Shown here piece by piece: positions 10,623 through 23,631 of a DNA stretch of 64,000 nucleotides (positions within the stretch are counted from its first letter, which is position 1; every line of letters starts with the position of its first letter). Source of the DNA: a virus; IMG/VR virus record IMGVR_UViG_3300009130_000005, positions 52,467-116,466 of that record; one strand, 5' to 3'. The notes beneath the pieces are model-generated. The model saw only the letters and a list, made by a program, of their open reading frames with translations. It was not told the origin of the DNA and did no database searches. Made by a program: the position numbers and the translations under genes.

Positions 10623-11630
10623 ATGATATTAGGACTTACATGCATTAGCGAACACCTCAAAGACAAGGATAAGAAAAAATATTCTTTTCGTACTATGACC
10701 CGAAAGCGGTTTCATCAACTTGAGAGGCATGACGCAATCAATCAGTTATCAGAAAGAATTCTGCACAATGTAAGAACTACGAGATACATAATCAACCATT
10801 GTATATCTCATAACATACTTCATTACCGCTTAAGTTCTGCTCTATTTCCCTTAATCACTGACAGTCAAACAGATGTAAATCTCGACGACCTTGATCCCAT
10901 TTGCTTAACTCAAATTAAAGAAGAGTTAGAATTTGCAGGCAAAATAGCATATAAACATAATTTATCTATTGGCTCTCATCCCGATCAGTTCAATGTTCTT
11001 GCCTCCACCAATGAAGATGCAGTAAACAGAACAATTAACGAACTAAATTTTCAAGCAAGCGTTCTTGATATGCTAGGTCTTCCGCAAGACCATACCACCC
11101 CAATGAACATTCATATTAATTATACTCCAAAAATGGATGAAGGCTACGGAATGGTTGCAGATAGATTTTACAAGAATCTTATGCGTTGCGATGCAGGAGT
11201 ATTCAATCGACTAACTATCGAGAACGAAGATAAAGGCTTCTTCAATGTAGATAATTGCATTAATTTTAGCGAATATTTACTTGATACATATGATTTTAAT
11301 TTGCCTGTATGCTACGATAACTTGCACGACTTCTGCAATCCATCAGAAGAGCGTAATCTTACATTTCAAGCAGAGCGTTGTGCATATACATGGGTAAGCA
11401 CAAGACAGCCCACAGAAGCTCCTTATAATAACTTTATTTCTCCTGTCTTTCATTGGTCTGAAGGTAGACCCGATAAGCCAAGAGCTCATGCAGATTATTT
11501 TGCACTAGGCAACCTACCGCCTCATATAGCAATTGATCCCGATTATCCTGCAAAATGGGAATGTGAAGTTAAGGCTAAAGACAAAGCGATTTTCACACTA
11601 AGAGAATCTATTTTCGCAGAAATGACTTGA
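10623..11630 (+). CDS. uvsE: UV-damage endonuclease
   Basis: YRLSSALFP, HPDQFNVLAS, NIHI, LTIENED, YDNLH, FHWSE, RAHADY and ECEVKAKD motifs. Confidence 0.93.
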   Translation: MILGLTCISEHLKDKDKKKYSFRTMTRKRFHQLERHDAINQLSERILHNVRTTRYIINHCISHNILHYRLSSALFPLITDSQTDVNLDDLDPICLTQIKEELEFAGKIAYKHNLSIGSHPDQFNVLASTNEDAVNRTINELNFQASVLDMLGLPQDHTTPMNIHINYTPKMDEGYGMVADRFYKNLMRCDAGVFNRLTIENEDKGFFNVDNCINFSEYLLDTYDFNLPVCYDNLHDFCNPSEERNLTFQAERCAYTWVSTRQPTEAPYNNFISPVFHWSEGRPDKPRAHADYFALGNLPPHIAIDPDYPAKWECEVKAKDKAIFTLRESIFAEMT

Positions 11631-11662
11631 CCGCTTACAAATAATAAGTTATAATATATGAC

Positions 11663-14600
11663 ATGACAAATTTGGAAAAAGCTATTAACGCAATGGAAGG
11701 AACAAAGCTAGAAATAGAAGACATAATTTTTAAAGTTGGAGATGCCAAACAGAGTCCCACGGAAGACGAGCTACTCAATTTACTAATTGGAGTACAGGCA
11801 TTATTTTCAGTTAGACAGGAGAGAATAAAGCAAGAGTTAAATAATATTTCTGAACCGCATCATTTTAATGAGCAAGCATAATCTTTATATTGCCCCTAAA
11901 CATGGTAAATATAAATTAATAATTACAGATAAAAAAACTAAAGAAGAAGTCCTCTTAGCTGAAGACGAAAACCAATCAAATTTATTACAAATAATGGATC
12001 AATTTGCTAGGTCCAAATATTCAAGACAATTAACTGGAAGCGATATATACCTATATGAAGGATAAATTAAAAGAAGAACAAATAAAAACTCCACTCAAGG
12101 TTCAAGAAGAGCAAGAAGAAATAAAAGAAGTAGAAAAAGAAATCAGAGATATTGAAGCAGAACTTGATTGGGCTGAATCTCAAGCCTCGGATGATTATAA
12201 ATACATTACTCATCTTGAGCATAGACTTGATAAGCTATACGAGAAATATAACCAAATGGATAATTATGAATCCTTCTAAACCTAGCATCAAAATGCCCCA
12301 TGTTGGTCTCTGCGAAGTAGAAATTCATTATTCTCCCGACTTAATTAGAAATAGAATTTCATATGGTTTTTGGAAGCCAATTGTTGAGAATATGGCATGG
12401 ATGCCTTTTCACAAATTAGTTCATGCAACTAGCATTATGTGGAGCCAAATGGATTCTGCTCATAAATTCGGAACAATGAGGCAAGCAGGTTTTGAGCTAG
12501 AATCGCTTGCTCTCTGTCTTTTAGAAACAAAAAAGAATTTTAATCTTGACAAATAATCAACTAAGTAGTATACTTATGTCATGTCTAAAGAAGAAAAGTA
12601 TCTTAAGCAAATAATTAGCTCCTGCGAGCTTATCCTTGACGACCTTGAGCAAGGTGCAAGTATATCTCAAAGAGACTTTAATATGCTAGGTCATGCAGAT
12701 GAAATAATGTTCAGTATGCAACAGAATGTAAGCAAGGAGCTTAATCCATCTCATTATAATATCAATGCAGGATATAGTAACAATAATAAATAGCTTTTTT
12801 ATTTTTATAGGATGTTTTATTGGTCTTTGGTTGGTAATGTTTTTAGCTTTTTTTTACGATGACTAGGATTGTAGATCGGATGGTAGAAGACCTCTTAAAT
12901 CTCTATTATAAACAAGCCTCTGAACTTCGTAAAGGAACTATTTTTGGAGGGTGGCATGAAGATGATGTAGAAAAACTAATCTCTAGAGCCTTATGGAGAC
13001 ATGGAAACCAATCTATTACATTAAAAATTAATAAAGAGCTAGACGATCATCATATCAGCGTTGAAATTGTAGACATAGAAAAACCAAATAATGAAGAATA
13101 ATATTTTTGAGAAGATTATGGTTATAGAAGACCACATAAATAAGTTACTACAAGATTTAGATTTAGGTTTTGAGCATTGTGAAAAAAATCACGATGAGAT
13201 TACACAAGAGCTTGTTAATGCTTCAAAATCAATTTCAAAAATATATAGACTAAATAAGGAAAATTTTGATGGCTGACTTTTGTTTGGATTGCGCAGAGAA
13301 TCTTTTCGGAAAAGAATTACCTTCTGACTTTGAAGGTATTCTAACAGAAGAAGAAGAAGGGTATACAATATCGGTTCTATGCGAAGGTTGTGGCTATATT
13401 GAGGTAGATCATTTAGGTAAAAAGGTAGATAAAGAATGTTAAACAAATACAAAAGAGAAAAGAATAAATCCCAAATATTCAAAGACTACCATGTGGTTGT
13501 CGATGAAGATGGAATAGAAAGAGACTATTGGTTTTCTGCTCAAAGCGAAGATCATGCTTTGGATATGTTTGCAACATTTGCAGAAGCTAAAAACCTTAGT
13601 GCAGAAATAATAAGCGTCACACAAGAATGAAAATCAAAGTAGGGTTAAGGGGTAATTCAGATGCAGTATATGGTGTCATCATAAAGTTTGATGACCTTAG
13701 CCTTGTAAGTTCTGACAATATTTTTCTTATCGGTGAAGAGAATAGAAATAAAATGGGGAAAGACCTAGTTTCATTGCTTGAGTCTTTGTCTTGTGTCGAT
13801 AACCAAATAGAAATAGGTGATAAATTAATCCCAATGATTGAGAGAGAATTAAATATAGAAGAAGGAACTTTAAATAGATTTATAAATGAGTGAATCACAA
13901 TATAAGATATACAAATTAATAAGGAAATTAATGAATGATCTTTCTGAAGAAGATTTGAAAGAATTAATTTTAGAAACAAATCAACATGACAGAGGATGAA
14001 TCAATTCGCCCTTGGGGGTATGGTTACAATAGTGCCTTGCGAATCCTTAGAGAGTTTGACAAAAAAGTATTTGACTTGACAGATAAGGATGATATATATA
14101 ATGTAGGTAAATCTAATTTATATAATATCCAAAAAGATTTAATCCATGAAATATATGGAGCAATAAAAAAAGAGAAAGAAGAATATACCGATGACCAATT
14201 TAGTTAATTTTATAAAAAGATTGTTTCGATTATTCCGCAGGGAGAAAGAGCCGAAATTATCTAAAGCACAAATAGACGAACTAATTGAATCAAATAAAGA
14301 CATACTATCTAAATTAAAAGATTAATGAAATTATCATTGACATTACATGGAAAAACTTATAGCGTAGAATCTGATGAGCAATTCGATGGAACGCAAGTGT
14401 CTGAATTGGTTGAGCAATTCAAAGGTTTACTTGTTAATGCAGGGTATCATCCACATAATGTTGACGAGCTTTTTAATACAGAATATCAATGGTTTAATAA
14501 TGAAGATTCAGACTTAGAAAAGCGAGTAAAAACTTTATACGGAGATGACGAAAAAATAGAGCCAAATAACAATGAGTGAAATAATGGATGATTTCGATGC

Positions 14601-17014
14601 AGGGAAAACGTTTGCACAAAATAAAGTGCTTGAGCTTATGGATGAAGTAATAGACGAATATAGAACTATTGCAAGAGAAGAGAAGATGGATTCGGAGTCT
14701 AGCAGAATACCCAAAGCTCAATTAAACGCAGTGCTTTTTATGAAACATTGGATTCTTAATGATGGTATTGAAGATGAAGAAGGAAACAGAGTATGCTTAG
14801 TTTGGTAAAAATAAATCTAGGGCTAGACCTCATAAATCACTTTAATAAAAAAATCAAAAAACTAAAAGCGAATGATAATGTCGCAAATAATGCACACATT
14901 TATGCAATGAAAAGTTTTATAAAAACAATCGAAAACGAGCTATCAAAATAACATGAGGCTACGAGCAATCTTTTGTTGTCTTTATTTTAGCATCCTGCCT
15001 TGGTGGGTCTACGAAAACAAAAAACATTACAGAAGAACATATTGGAAACATCTTAAATTAAACTTTGGTCAAACAAAGATTTGGCTTCTCAAAAATGAAA
15101 CGCAAGAAGATGTTGACTTTGAAAGAGAGGTAAACCCAAGTTGGAAAAAGGTTTTCTCAAATATGATAAGAAAAAAGGCTTGACAAACTTTCAGTCTTAT
15201 AATATAGTTTAGGGATTATGAGTGGAGAAGGACTATCAGTTAGCTTTAGAAGAACGGCAATGACCCAAAAGTCAAATCAAGAACTTCTTAGGGAGTTTCA
15301 AGATTTAGTTTATTCTAATAAAAAAATAATGTCGCACATGAAATGGTATGGTCGTGACCATAGTGTTGAAATTATGGAGCATGGGGACGAAGAGTTAGCT
15401 GAGTGGCAACGAGAAGCAGTTGCCATCAAAGATACTTTTGAATTTACTATTAGCGTCTATGACTCTTGGCATGAAGATGCAGACATATACGAATCACATA
15501 AGCGAGATGATAGCTTTGTTTCTCTTGCGAGTGAATTTGCTAGGGATAATTGGTTGCATTATTTCCCCGAAGGCTTTCCTGCTGAATGGATAGAGACGAA
15601 AACTATTGATGGAGAAAAATGTTGGAATCACTTTAATGTTAAACCCGATGATAAAAACATTGACAAGATATGCCAAATATGGCATTCTTATGGGATGGAC
15701 ATGATTACGGAATCTTCTGACAAGATGAAGCGTTCCTATTGGGAGAGAGCAAGAGAAGGAATCAAAGCAATAATGGAGAAATAAAATGAAAGACGAAATC
15801 TTAGTTGAAGAAAAATTTGTAAAGAATAGAGCTAAACCGCTTTATATAATTACATCCTTCCACTCAAAGGCGATTAATAATATAACTCGCAGGAAAAGCA
15901 TTGACGAGGTAGACTTGCAGTCCTTACACGACTTAGGCTACGCAATAGCTCTAAATAAACTTGATGCTTATGGTCACAAGACCTACATCAAGCACAACCT
16001 AAGAACCCTCAAGCACAACCTAAGAACCCGAAAAGAAATGAAGCACAGATAATGAAATACCAAGTAGGAGTAAAGATTTACAATAGTTTTGAAGTTGAGG
16101 CAAGCTCAGAACAAGAAGCGGAACAAAAAGTTAGAGAGCTAGATGTACATAAAACTTTAATGGATTGCGATTACAATATATGCTACATTGACGAAATAAA
16201 ACAAACAGAAAATTTAAGCAATAAAGAAATCAAGGAAAGAGCCGTGCAAGGCAAAGGTTGGTACTAATGAATTCCTTAGAGCTTAAAGATGCGATTCAAT
16301 CTGAAATTGATAGATTGAGTTCAAACCACGAAGAAGCAAATATAAACTTAATAAATAATGTATTAAGACCAATGCTTTTATTTATTGATGACCATAATAA
16401 AATTATGGCAGAAATATCTAGGATTGGTGGTAAACATAGCCTGTAATGTTCAATGATGGCATATCTAACGAGTTTGAAGAAGCTCACCAAAAAGGCTTAA
16501 CTAGAGGCTTTGATTTAGGTTGGTCTTATAAAGGAAGGTTTGATAGGCAAATAATCCGAGACGAAATAAATAAATTACAAAAAAGCAAACGACCAAATAA
16601 GAGTGCAATAGAAGCGTTGCAGAGCGTATTGGCAAAGATGGTGAAGCATCCCAATAACAGAGAGAACATCACCTTCAATAGTTGGTAGTTAATTTTATCC
16701 AAAAAAATTTACTACTCTCTCTTAAAAAATGTGTTGACATTCATCACTAGGTCTGTCAGTATTGAATCATGTCAAATAAACGAGGAAGAAAAAAAGGCTA
16801 TTGTCCTTATGTGGACATTACCTATGAGTCTCTAGGGGACTATTTAGGGAAGAAGGGATTGGTAAGAGTTAGTCGCTCTTGGCTTGAAGGTCTTGGTTAT
16901 GAAATATCTGAGTCCAATGAAATAATTATCCCCGAAGTAATCTTAACAGAAAAAGAATCAAGTAAAGTAGAAGAGGAGTCGAAAATTGAATACAAACTTA
17001 CACACTTTGAATAG
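11663..17014 (+). other. Cluster of about 22 small hypothetical phage CDSs
   Basis: Packed + strand ORFs with sigma70 promoters at about 11627, 12546, 15180 and 16734. Confidence 0.7.
15988..16029 (+). repeat. In-frame 21-bp tandem duplication
   Basis: TCAAGCACAACCTAAGAACCC x2, giving KHNLRT twice. Confidence 0.9.
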
Positions 17015-17966
17015 GCATAAACGCTATTTCCCCGAACTCATTGGGCAGTTAGCAGTAAAGAAAAAACTATCATTTTATCTTGATGCGTTTGAAGCAACAA
17101 AACTATCTCCATTTTTGTGTTTAGTTGGAGCTAAGGGTTTAGGCAAAACAGAGTTTGCAAAAGCCTATGCAAAAAACTTACACAATGATGATGGTAACGG
17201 CAGAGCTTTCCTAGAGCTTAATTGCTCGACTATCAAAAATAATGAGCAATTTTTTGAGCAGATATTTATGCCAATTATCCATGATAATGAGGTAACAATT
17301 TTGTTCGATGAAGCTCATGCTTTACCTAAAGATTTGACTATGGCTTTTTTGACTATCTTCAATACAGAAAAGAACCATACAAAAAACTTTGAATGGGATG
17401 GAATGAATTTTGAGTTTGACTTCAAGCGTCAAACCTTTATTTTTGCTACAACGGAAAGTGACAAGATTTTTCCACCGCTCAAGGATAGGCTTACTACCAT
17501 TGACTTTGAGCCATATTCAAGAGATGAGCTTGCAGAAATTGTAAAGCTCTGTACTCCAAATATCACATTTACGGATGGTGCTTTGGAGAAGGTTGCAAAA
17601 TCAGTTCGTAATAACCCAAGAAATGCAGTTATGCGTTCCAAGGAGATTGTTTTGTTTTGTGCGAGCAAAAATACAACTGAGTTCACGGAAGAATCATTCG
17701 ATGAGCTTTCGGATGCAATAGGAATACTTCCATACGGAATTTCCTATACAGAAAGACAAATACTAGATGTACTCAAGGAATGTGGAAGTTGTTCGCTGAC
17801 AACCCTTTCAGCAAAGATTGGTTTGAGTGCTTCCGCTCTCCGTAGAGACCATGAAATGTATTTGCTCAACAAGAACCTCATGGAGATTGACGGCAAGCGT
17901 AAGATTACCGCTCAAGGCATCAAGGTTTCCGACCTCGCAAACGCAACACTTGCCTCGGAAGGCTAG
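16986..17966 (+). CDS. ruvB: RuvB-like AAA+ ATPase (Holliday junction branch-migration helicase family)
   Basis: LIGQ..VKKKL, Walker A GAKGLGKT, LFDEAH, FATT, PLKDR, NPRNA and a winged-helix C-terminus; start codon uncertain. Confidence 0.8.
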   Translation: MNTNLHTLNRHKRYFPELIGQLAVKKKLSFYLDAFEATKLSPFLCLVGAKGLGKTEFAKAYAKNLHNDDGNGRAFLELNCSTIKNNEQFFEQIFMPIIHDNEVTILFDEAHALPKDLTMAFLTIFNTEKNHTKNFEWDGMNFEFDFKRQTFIFATTESDKIFPPLKDRLTTIDFEPYSRDELAEIVKLCTPNITFTDGALEKVAKSVRNNPRNAVMRSKEIVLFCASKNTTEFTEESFDELSDAIGILPYGISYTERQILDVLKECGSCSLTTLSAKIGLSASALRRDHEMYLLNKNLMEIDGKRKITAQGIKVSDLANATLASEG

Positions 17967-18037
17967 TATTCATGCGGTATTAGCACTTTTTCAAAAAAAG
18001 TGTTGACTTTTACCAAACCTCTGTCATACTTGGTTAC

Positions 18038-21000
18038 ATGATTGATTTTACAAATGAATAGGAAGAATAAATAATTATGCAAGAAATAATAGATAAAATA
18101 TACGAGCGTATGGACTTCTGTGCAAATGCACATGGAGCAACGCAAGAAGATGAACACAATTACATTCTTGAGCTAAGTTGCTTGAATGAAGTTTTGGATA
18201 AAATAGAGAGATTCCCTTGGAATCATTTTGAAGATGAAGCTAACTAAATATCAAAAAGCTCGACTCCTTGAGTATAATTGGGATGTTTATACAACCGAAG
18301 ATGGTTCTCAAAATTGTGCTTGGATTAGCATCTCTCCCGAAGATGGCTCAATCTTTGGAGATGTAGTGGAAACTTTGGGCTTGACAGGAGAGGGTAAAGA
18401 TGTCAAGCTATTGATTGTAGCAACCGCAGAGGATACTGAAGATGAGTAATGCAGTAGATACTTCTTATAGCATATCCGTACCACTTTCAGCAGAAGAGTT
18501 GGAAGAAATTTTATATGAAGATAAATCATTTGAGTGGGTTTTCCCTACAAATGAAAACGAAAATATCAATATAACTATACATATACATCATGGAGAATAA
18601 ATTAGAAGCAATGAAAAACTTAATAATAAAAACTGAGTCAGACATAAATGAGGTTACCGAGGCATTGAATGATGCAGGTATTCGTTGCATTGTCTATGAA
18701 ATGGATGAATATGTTTCGGTATTTGAAAAGCTCGCTAAACTAAAAGAGCTTGCAGGAGAGGAATAAATTACTATGAGAGCATATCTGATTGAACAACTCA
18801 AAGAGCTAGTCAAGTACGAGCAAATAAAGAAGGAACACGCTAATGAGATTTTAGAATTATTCGATGAAGAATCGGATGATACTAGCGAACAAACCGCTTT
18901 CGAGAAAGCACAACAAGATATGCGAATAGCATTACAAGGAGAATGGCAGTAATGAAAATAAAAACTTATGAAGTAGAAATATCAAGCACTACCTATCGCA
19001 CCTACTATATAGATGCAGAATCCCCAAAAGAAGCACAAGCGAGAGCATTTGAAGAAGTAGACGCTGATTGGGAAATAAGCAAGGCATGGAAGCAAAACGC
19101 AGAGGTTGCTTTCTGCGAACCTAAAGGTGGAACATCCGACATGAGCAACGAGGAATTCGGAAAATACATTCGTGGAGAATAAAATGCTTGACACATCTCA
19201 ATAACCTGTCATTATAGAAGCATGAAGATAAAAAATAAATGGGACGAAGAGTTTGAAGTAAGTGTCGGTGATTGGGTAGGATTCAAATGCGACATTGAAC
19301 AAATTGGAAGAGTGAAAGAAATTCAAAGAAGAGGAGCATTGATTATTGAAAACGAAGATGGATTCGATGGAGACTATATCGGTGGAGATACCGAAGCATT
19401 GGTTGGATTCGATGAAGTGTGGAAAGAAAGCTAATAATGAGAACAACTGAAAGACAATTAAGACAAGGAGAACCAACCATTGACGATATGCGTTGGGACA
19501 TCGCAGAACACGAAGCAATGAACATGGGTACTAAATTACTCATAGAGCTTCTATATCACGGAACAGAAGGGTTAGAGAATATGAATGACTTGGAAGTTCG
19601 TGACGAATGGGAAATGTTATTTGGAGATACAGAGTAATGGGATTGGCACAAGAAATAAATGAAAGACTAGACGCAATGCTTGCATTGGGTAATGACGAAA
19701 AAAGCCTAGAAGTTAAGCAAACCTTAATAAAGGAGCTTAATAAAATAACAGGCAATGGTCAAAATGTAAGAGAAGTGTTCAATAACATTTATTATGTCAA
19801 TGACATGATGCAAGATAGACTTTTAGTTCAAAAAGAAAATGAATCAAATAATTATAATAAGGCAAATAAGTGCGACAACTCGCACGAATCAATGAAAGGA
19901 AAAATGAAATGAATAATGTAACAAATATAGACTACGAGTTGCTTGCAGAGCAAAGAGAAACCCTTCTTAACGCTATTTGGGAAGATGAGCAATCTCCGCT
20001 TTGGGGAGTGGTCAATCTACTTGACGCACTTATTGATGCAGAAGATAGCATCAAGGTAAATCGTTGATGTTCAACAAGTAAAGCTCAAAAGAAAAAAAAG
20101 GCTTGACATTACCCAATGACCTGTCATAATGGATGGCATGATGAACAAAACAGAATGTAAAGAACAACTTCAACAAGATATAGTTTCTTATCTTGATGGC
20201 ATGGATGACGAGATTGTTTCCCATGTTTGCAATATAGCAATAAGCAACATCAATCAAATTGAAGAGTCAAATGAAGTTGTTCGCCAAACCGAGTTGGACG
20301 AGAAATTGTCTCAACTTATATTATCAATAAACAAGGGAACAGAAACCCTTAACTTAATCGCACAAATTATTAGGAGTAAGTAAGTATGAAAGTAGAAGAA
20401 ATGTTCGCAGGAAAAGAAGTAGAATTTTTTTACAAGAAAGATAATTCCATTGTACTAGAAGGAGAGCATATAGGATATGATGTAGAAGTAGGCAATGAGG
20501 TTCAGTTGGTTCTGAACGATGACATCTATTGGAATCCCGATGCGTCCGTGGAATAGTCTTAATTTTCAAGGAAAATTTGTATTGCTAATGTGCATTGTAA
20601 ATTTTTTATTCGCAATCTTTTTTGCGGTAAATGGAAGCTCACTTGCAATACTATCAATTTCTTGTGCAATGCTCTGTGGCATAAGCACATATTCAGATAA
20701 ATACAAACGATATTAAGTGTAATTATAAGCGAAAGGAACACACCATGTACTTCAACTATGCAAAAGTAAGATGGGATATATTCTCACCACAAGATATTTA
20801 CTTCAAAAGCAGTATTCTCACAAGAGGATTGGAAGATGATATAAATATAATTTCATACAAAAATAAGACCGACTTCCATCGGAACTATACTCACGGAGTT
20901 TTTGTCAAATTCAATCATGTAAAAGAAGATTATCCAAATGTAGAGATAAATCTTATGGATAGAAGGCAAAGGAAAAATGGGAGCAGACCAATGTATCGCC

Positions 21001-21272
21001 ATCAGTATTTCGATAACCTTGTCTACATTTATAGCTACCATAAGATGCAAGAATGGGTCAAAGACCCGACAGACCCAACAGGTTGGAAGATGGTAACTAA
21101 AGGGCAACCTTTACCTAACGAAGAAGGTTATGCAATAGACTTTCACAACTTCCAAGGATACTCTCAAGAGATTTGCCAAGAGCAAATGGACATCGTTTAT
21201 TCCGTCCGTAACTTCTTGATTGAGAGAATTTTACCGATAAAGCAAAAAAAAGTGTTGACAATGGTAGCCTAG
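18038..21272 (+). other. Cluster of about 14 small hypothetical phage CDSs
   Basis: Packed ORFs; promoters at about 18003, 19188 and 20103. Confidence 0.65.
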
Positions 21273-21320
21273 TGTGCCATACTTATGGAATAACAATCAA
21301 AAACCCGAAAGAAAAAAATT

Positions 21321-23558
21321 ATGATTATTGCACAAGACAAAGCTAAAAGAATAGTTCAATCGCACGACTTTGATGAAGTCAAATGCACCATTGACGCAGA
21401 AGATATGCGTTATGTGGCATCGTTGTTGAGAAACAACTATTCCAAACCTATACTTGCGGTCATCCGTGAGATTACTGCAAATGCACTTGACGCTAACCTA
21501 GAAGCAGGAGCAAAGAAACGAGCAATCGTAAAAGTTCCATCTTCTTTTAGCCCTGTTTTCTCTGTAAGAGATTTCGGAGGCGGTTTATCGCAAGAAGATG
21601 TATTCGGATTGTATTCTAAGTACGGCAAGTCAACCAAGAGAGATTCAAACAACTATATCGGTGCTTTCGGTATAGGTAAGTTTGCTCCACTTTCTTATGG
21701 AAACAACTTTACTTGCGTATCCTATCATGGTGGAAAGAAAACTTCATACGATATTTATGTCAATGACGATGACGATACGAAGATTTCCAAGTTGCATGAA
21801 GAACCTAGCAACGAGCCAACAGGCTTGTGCGTAGAGGTTGCAGTTGCAGATAGTGATGTAGACAAGTTCAAGGAAGAGATTAGGTCTTTCTTCAAGGTCT
21901 TTCCAAAAGATGAGCTTCCCGAATTTAAGGGTATAGATGAAGAAGATTTCTTCCCTGTTTATGCAAATGCACTAGAAGGCAAGGATTGGTTCTTTGTTGA
22001 GCAGAAGAATGACAGGTACTACGGACATAGTTACAACTATGGTAGCCAATCGTATGCAATTATGGGTAGAGTTGCCTATCCCCTCGACCCTTCTGCTATC
22101 AATTTTGATGGCGAGGATGCAGAGGCATTGCGTGACCTAGCTCAATCGCAAGGATTTTATGTGCAATTCCCTATTGGAGACTTGAAACTCCACCATAGTC
22201 GTGAATCGCTAGAGTACAACAAACCGACTCAAAAGAAGATTCTTGAACGCTTGCGTGTGGTCAAGGCTGAAATTGAGGAAATGGCGAAAGAGCGTCTTGA
22301 AGGTGCTGAAGATTTGTGGGACGCAAAGTGCAAGTATGCACAAGTAATGAACGCAATTCCGTATTCATTACAAAATGTTTTTCGCAATAGTTTCTCATGG
22401 CAAGGCACTAAAATTACGAGCTTGACTTTCGATAGACCTTATGGTATGCACGAAAACCTTATCATCAAAGAGTATCGTAAGCGTGATGATGCTAATGCGA
22501 CAGATGGGTACAAAGTGCAAACCACATCTTGCTCAAGAGTTATGTGCCAAGTTGACGCATTGCTTGTTATTCAAGATGCTCCAAAGTACGGACTCTCTCT
22601 AAGGGCTAGGACTTTATTCAACGAAAATCCTAATGTAGATGTTATCTATTCTGTTGAGGCAAAAGATTCTCAAGCAGAAGATTACATAAAGGATGATTGG
22701 GACTTTGACTTAATTTTACCTAAAAACAAGATTAGCTTTGTTAAGGTTGATAAGGCAAAACTCCAACAAGGCACTCGCTCAAGCGGAGAAAGTCGTGCAA
22801 GCGTACCTTTGTTTCAGTTTGAAAAGCAGAGTAGTTGGGGAAACAGGAACTCAGATTTTTGGCTCAATGTAGACAAGAAGCTAGATGAACTTGATTTTTC
22901 AGACGATAAGAAGAAGGTTTATGTGGCTATTACTGCTTACAAGTTGACTGACCATTCCGATTCCTTAGACCAACTGCATACAAAAGTTAAGGCAGTTAAG
23001 GAGCATGACGAAGAACTCGTATTGTATGGTGTTCGCAACAAGGATGTTAAGAAGTTGGACAAGACCGAATGGGTAGAGTTCTACGATTACATGAAGGAAG
23101 TTTCTCTTGAATACTGCAAGGAGCATATCGGAGCAATCAAGAAGGGACGCAAGACGAGAGAGATTGTGAACAATTCTCACAAGTCTGACTCTTGGAGCAA
23201 GTTGCAGAGCGTCCTCACGAATGACAATCTGTTCTCAAGCCTTGACTTAGCCTCAAAGCATCCTCTGCTTGAGCTATACGCTCAATACAAGGCTTGCAAG
23301 AACGCTTCTGCTAATGCAGAGTTCAATGCTATGCTACTCTCTGTTGCAGAGAAGCATCATGCGGAAGAAGTGTCCAAACTCGCTCCTGTCAAGTACACTT
23401 GGCAAATGCTTGAAGCTGATTGCAAAGAAATTTGCGACAAGTACCCTCTGTTGGTCAACATTTCCAATCAAGTTTCCTACTACACAAGGATGAACGAGGA
23501 CAACTTCGGCAAGAATATTTCCGATTTCATCAAATTAGTTGACGAAAATCAAAAATAA
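21321..23558 (+). CDS. rIIA: RIIA-like protein (GHKL/HATPase N-terminus)
   Basis: AVIREITANALDA, SVRDFGGGLS, STKRDSNNYIGAFGIG and SRESLEY motifs; adjacent to rIIB. Confidence 0.85.
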   Translation: MIIAQDKAKRIVQSHDFDEVKCTIDAEDMRYVASLLRNNYSKPILAVIREITANALDANLEAGAKKRAIVKVPSSFSPVFSVRDFGGGLSQEDVFGLYSKYGKSTKRDSNNYIGAFGIGKFAPLSYGNNFTCVSYHGGKKTSYDIYVNDDDDTKISKLHEEPSNEPTGLCVEVAVADSDVDKFKEEIRSFFKVFPKDELPEFKGIDEEDFFPVYANALEGKDWFFVEQKNDRYYGHSYNYGSQSYAIMGRVAYPLDPSAINFDGEDAEALRDLAQSQGFYVQFPIGDLKLHHSRESLEYNKPTQKKILERLRVVKAEIEEMAKERLEGAEDLWDAKCKYAQVMNAIPYSLQNVFRNSFSWQGTKITSLTFDRPYGMHENLIIKEYRKRDDANATDGYKVQTTSCSRVMCQVDALLVIQDAPKYGLSLRARTLFNENPNVDVIYSVEAKDSQAEDYIKDDWDFDLILPKNKISFVKVDKAKLQQGTRSSGESRASVPLFQFEKQSSWGNRNSDFWLNVDKKLDELDFSDDKKKVYVAITAYKLTDHSDSLDQLHTKVKAVKEHDEELVLYGVRNKDVKKLDKTEWVEFYDYMKEVSLEYCKEHIGAIKKGRKTREIVNNSHKSDSWSKLQSVLTNDNLFSSLDLASKHPLLELYAQYKACKNASANAEFNAMLLSVAEKHHAEEVSKLAPVKYTWQMLEADCKEICDKYPLLVNISNQVSYYTRMNEDNFGKNISDFIKLVDENQK

Positions 23559-23631
23559 GTGTTGACATATACCACAACATCTGAGATAATATATAGATAA
23601 TCAAAATTGAAAAACAAAGAAAGATTGAAAA

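Noticed and set aside
14867-14950. ANDNVAN... resembling a tmRNA tag
   Set aside because: It lies inside an ordinary small ORF, with no tRNA-Ala-like ends and no ...AA-stop.
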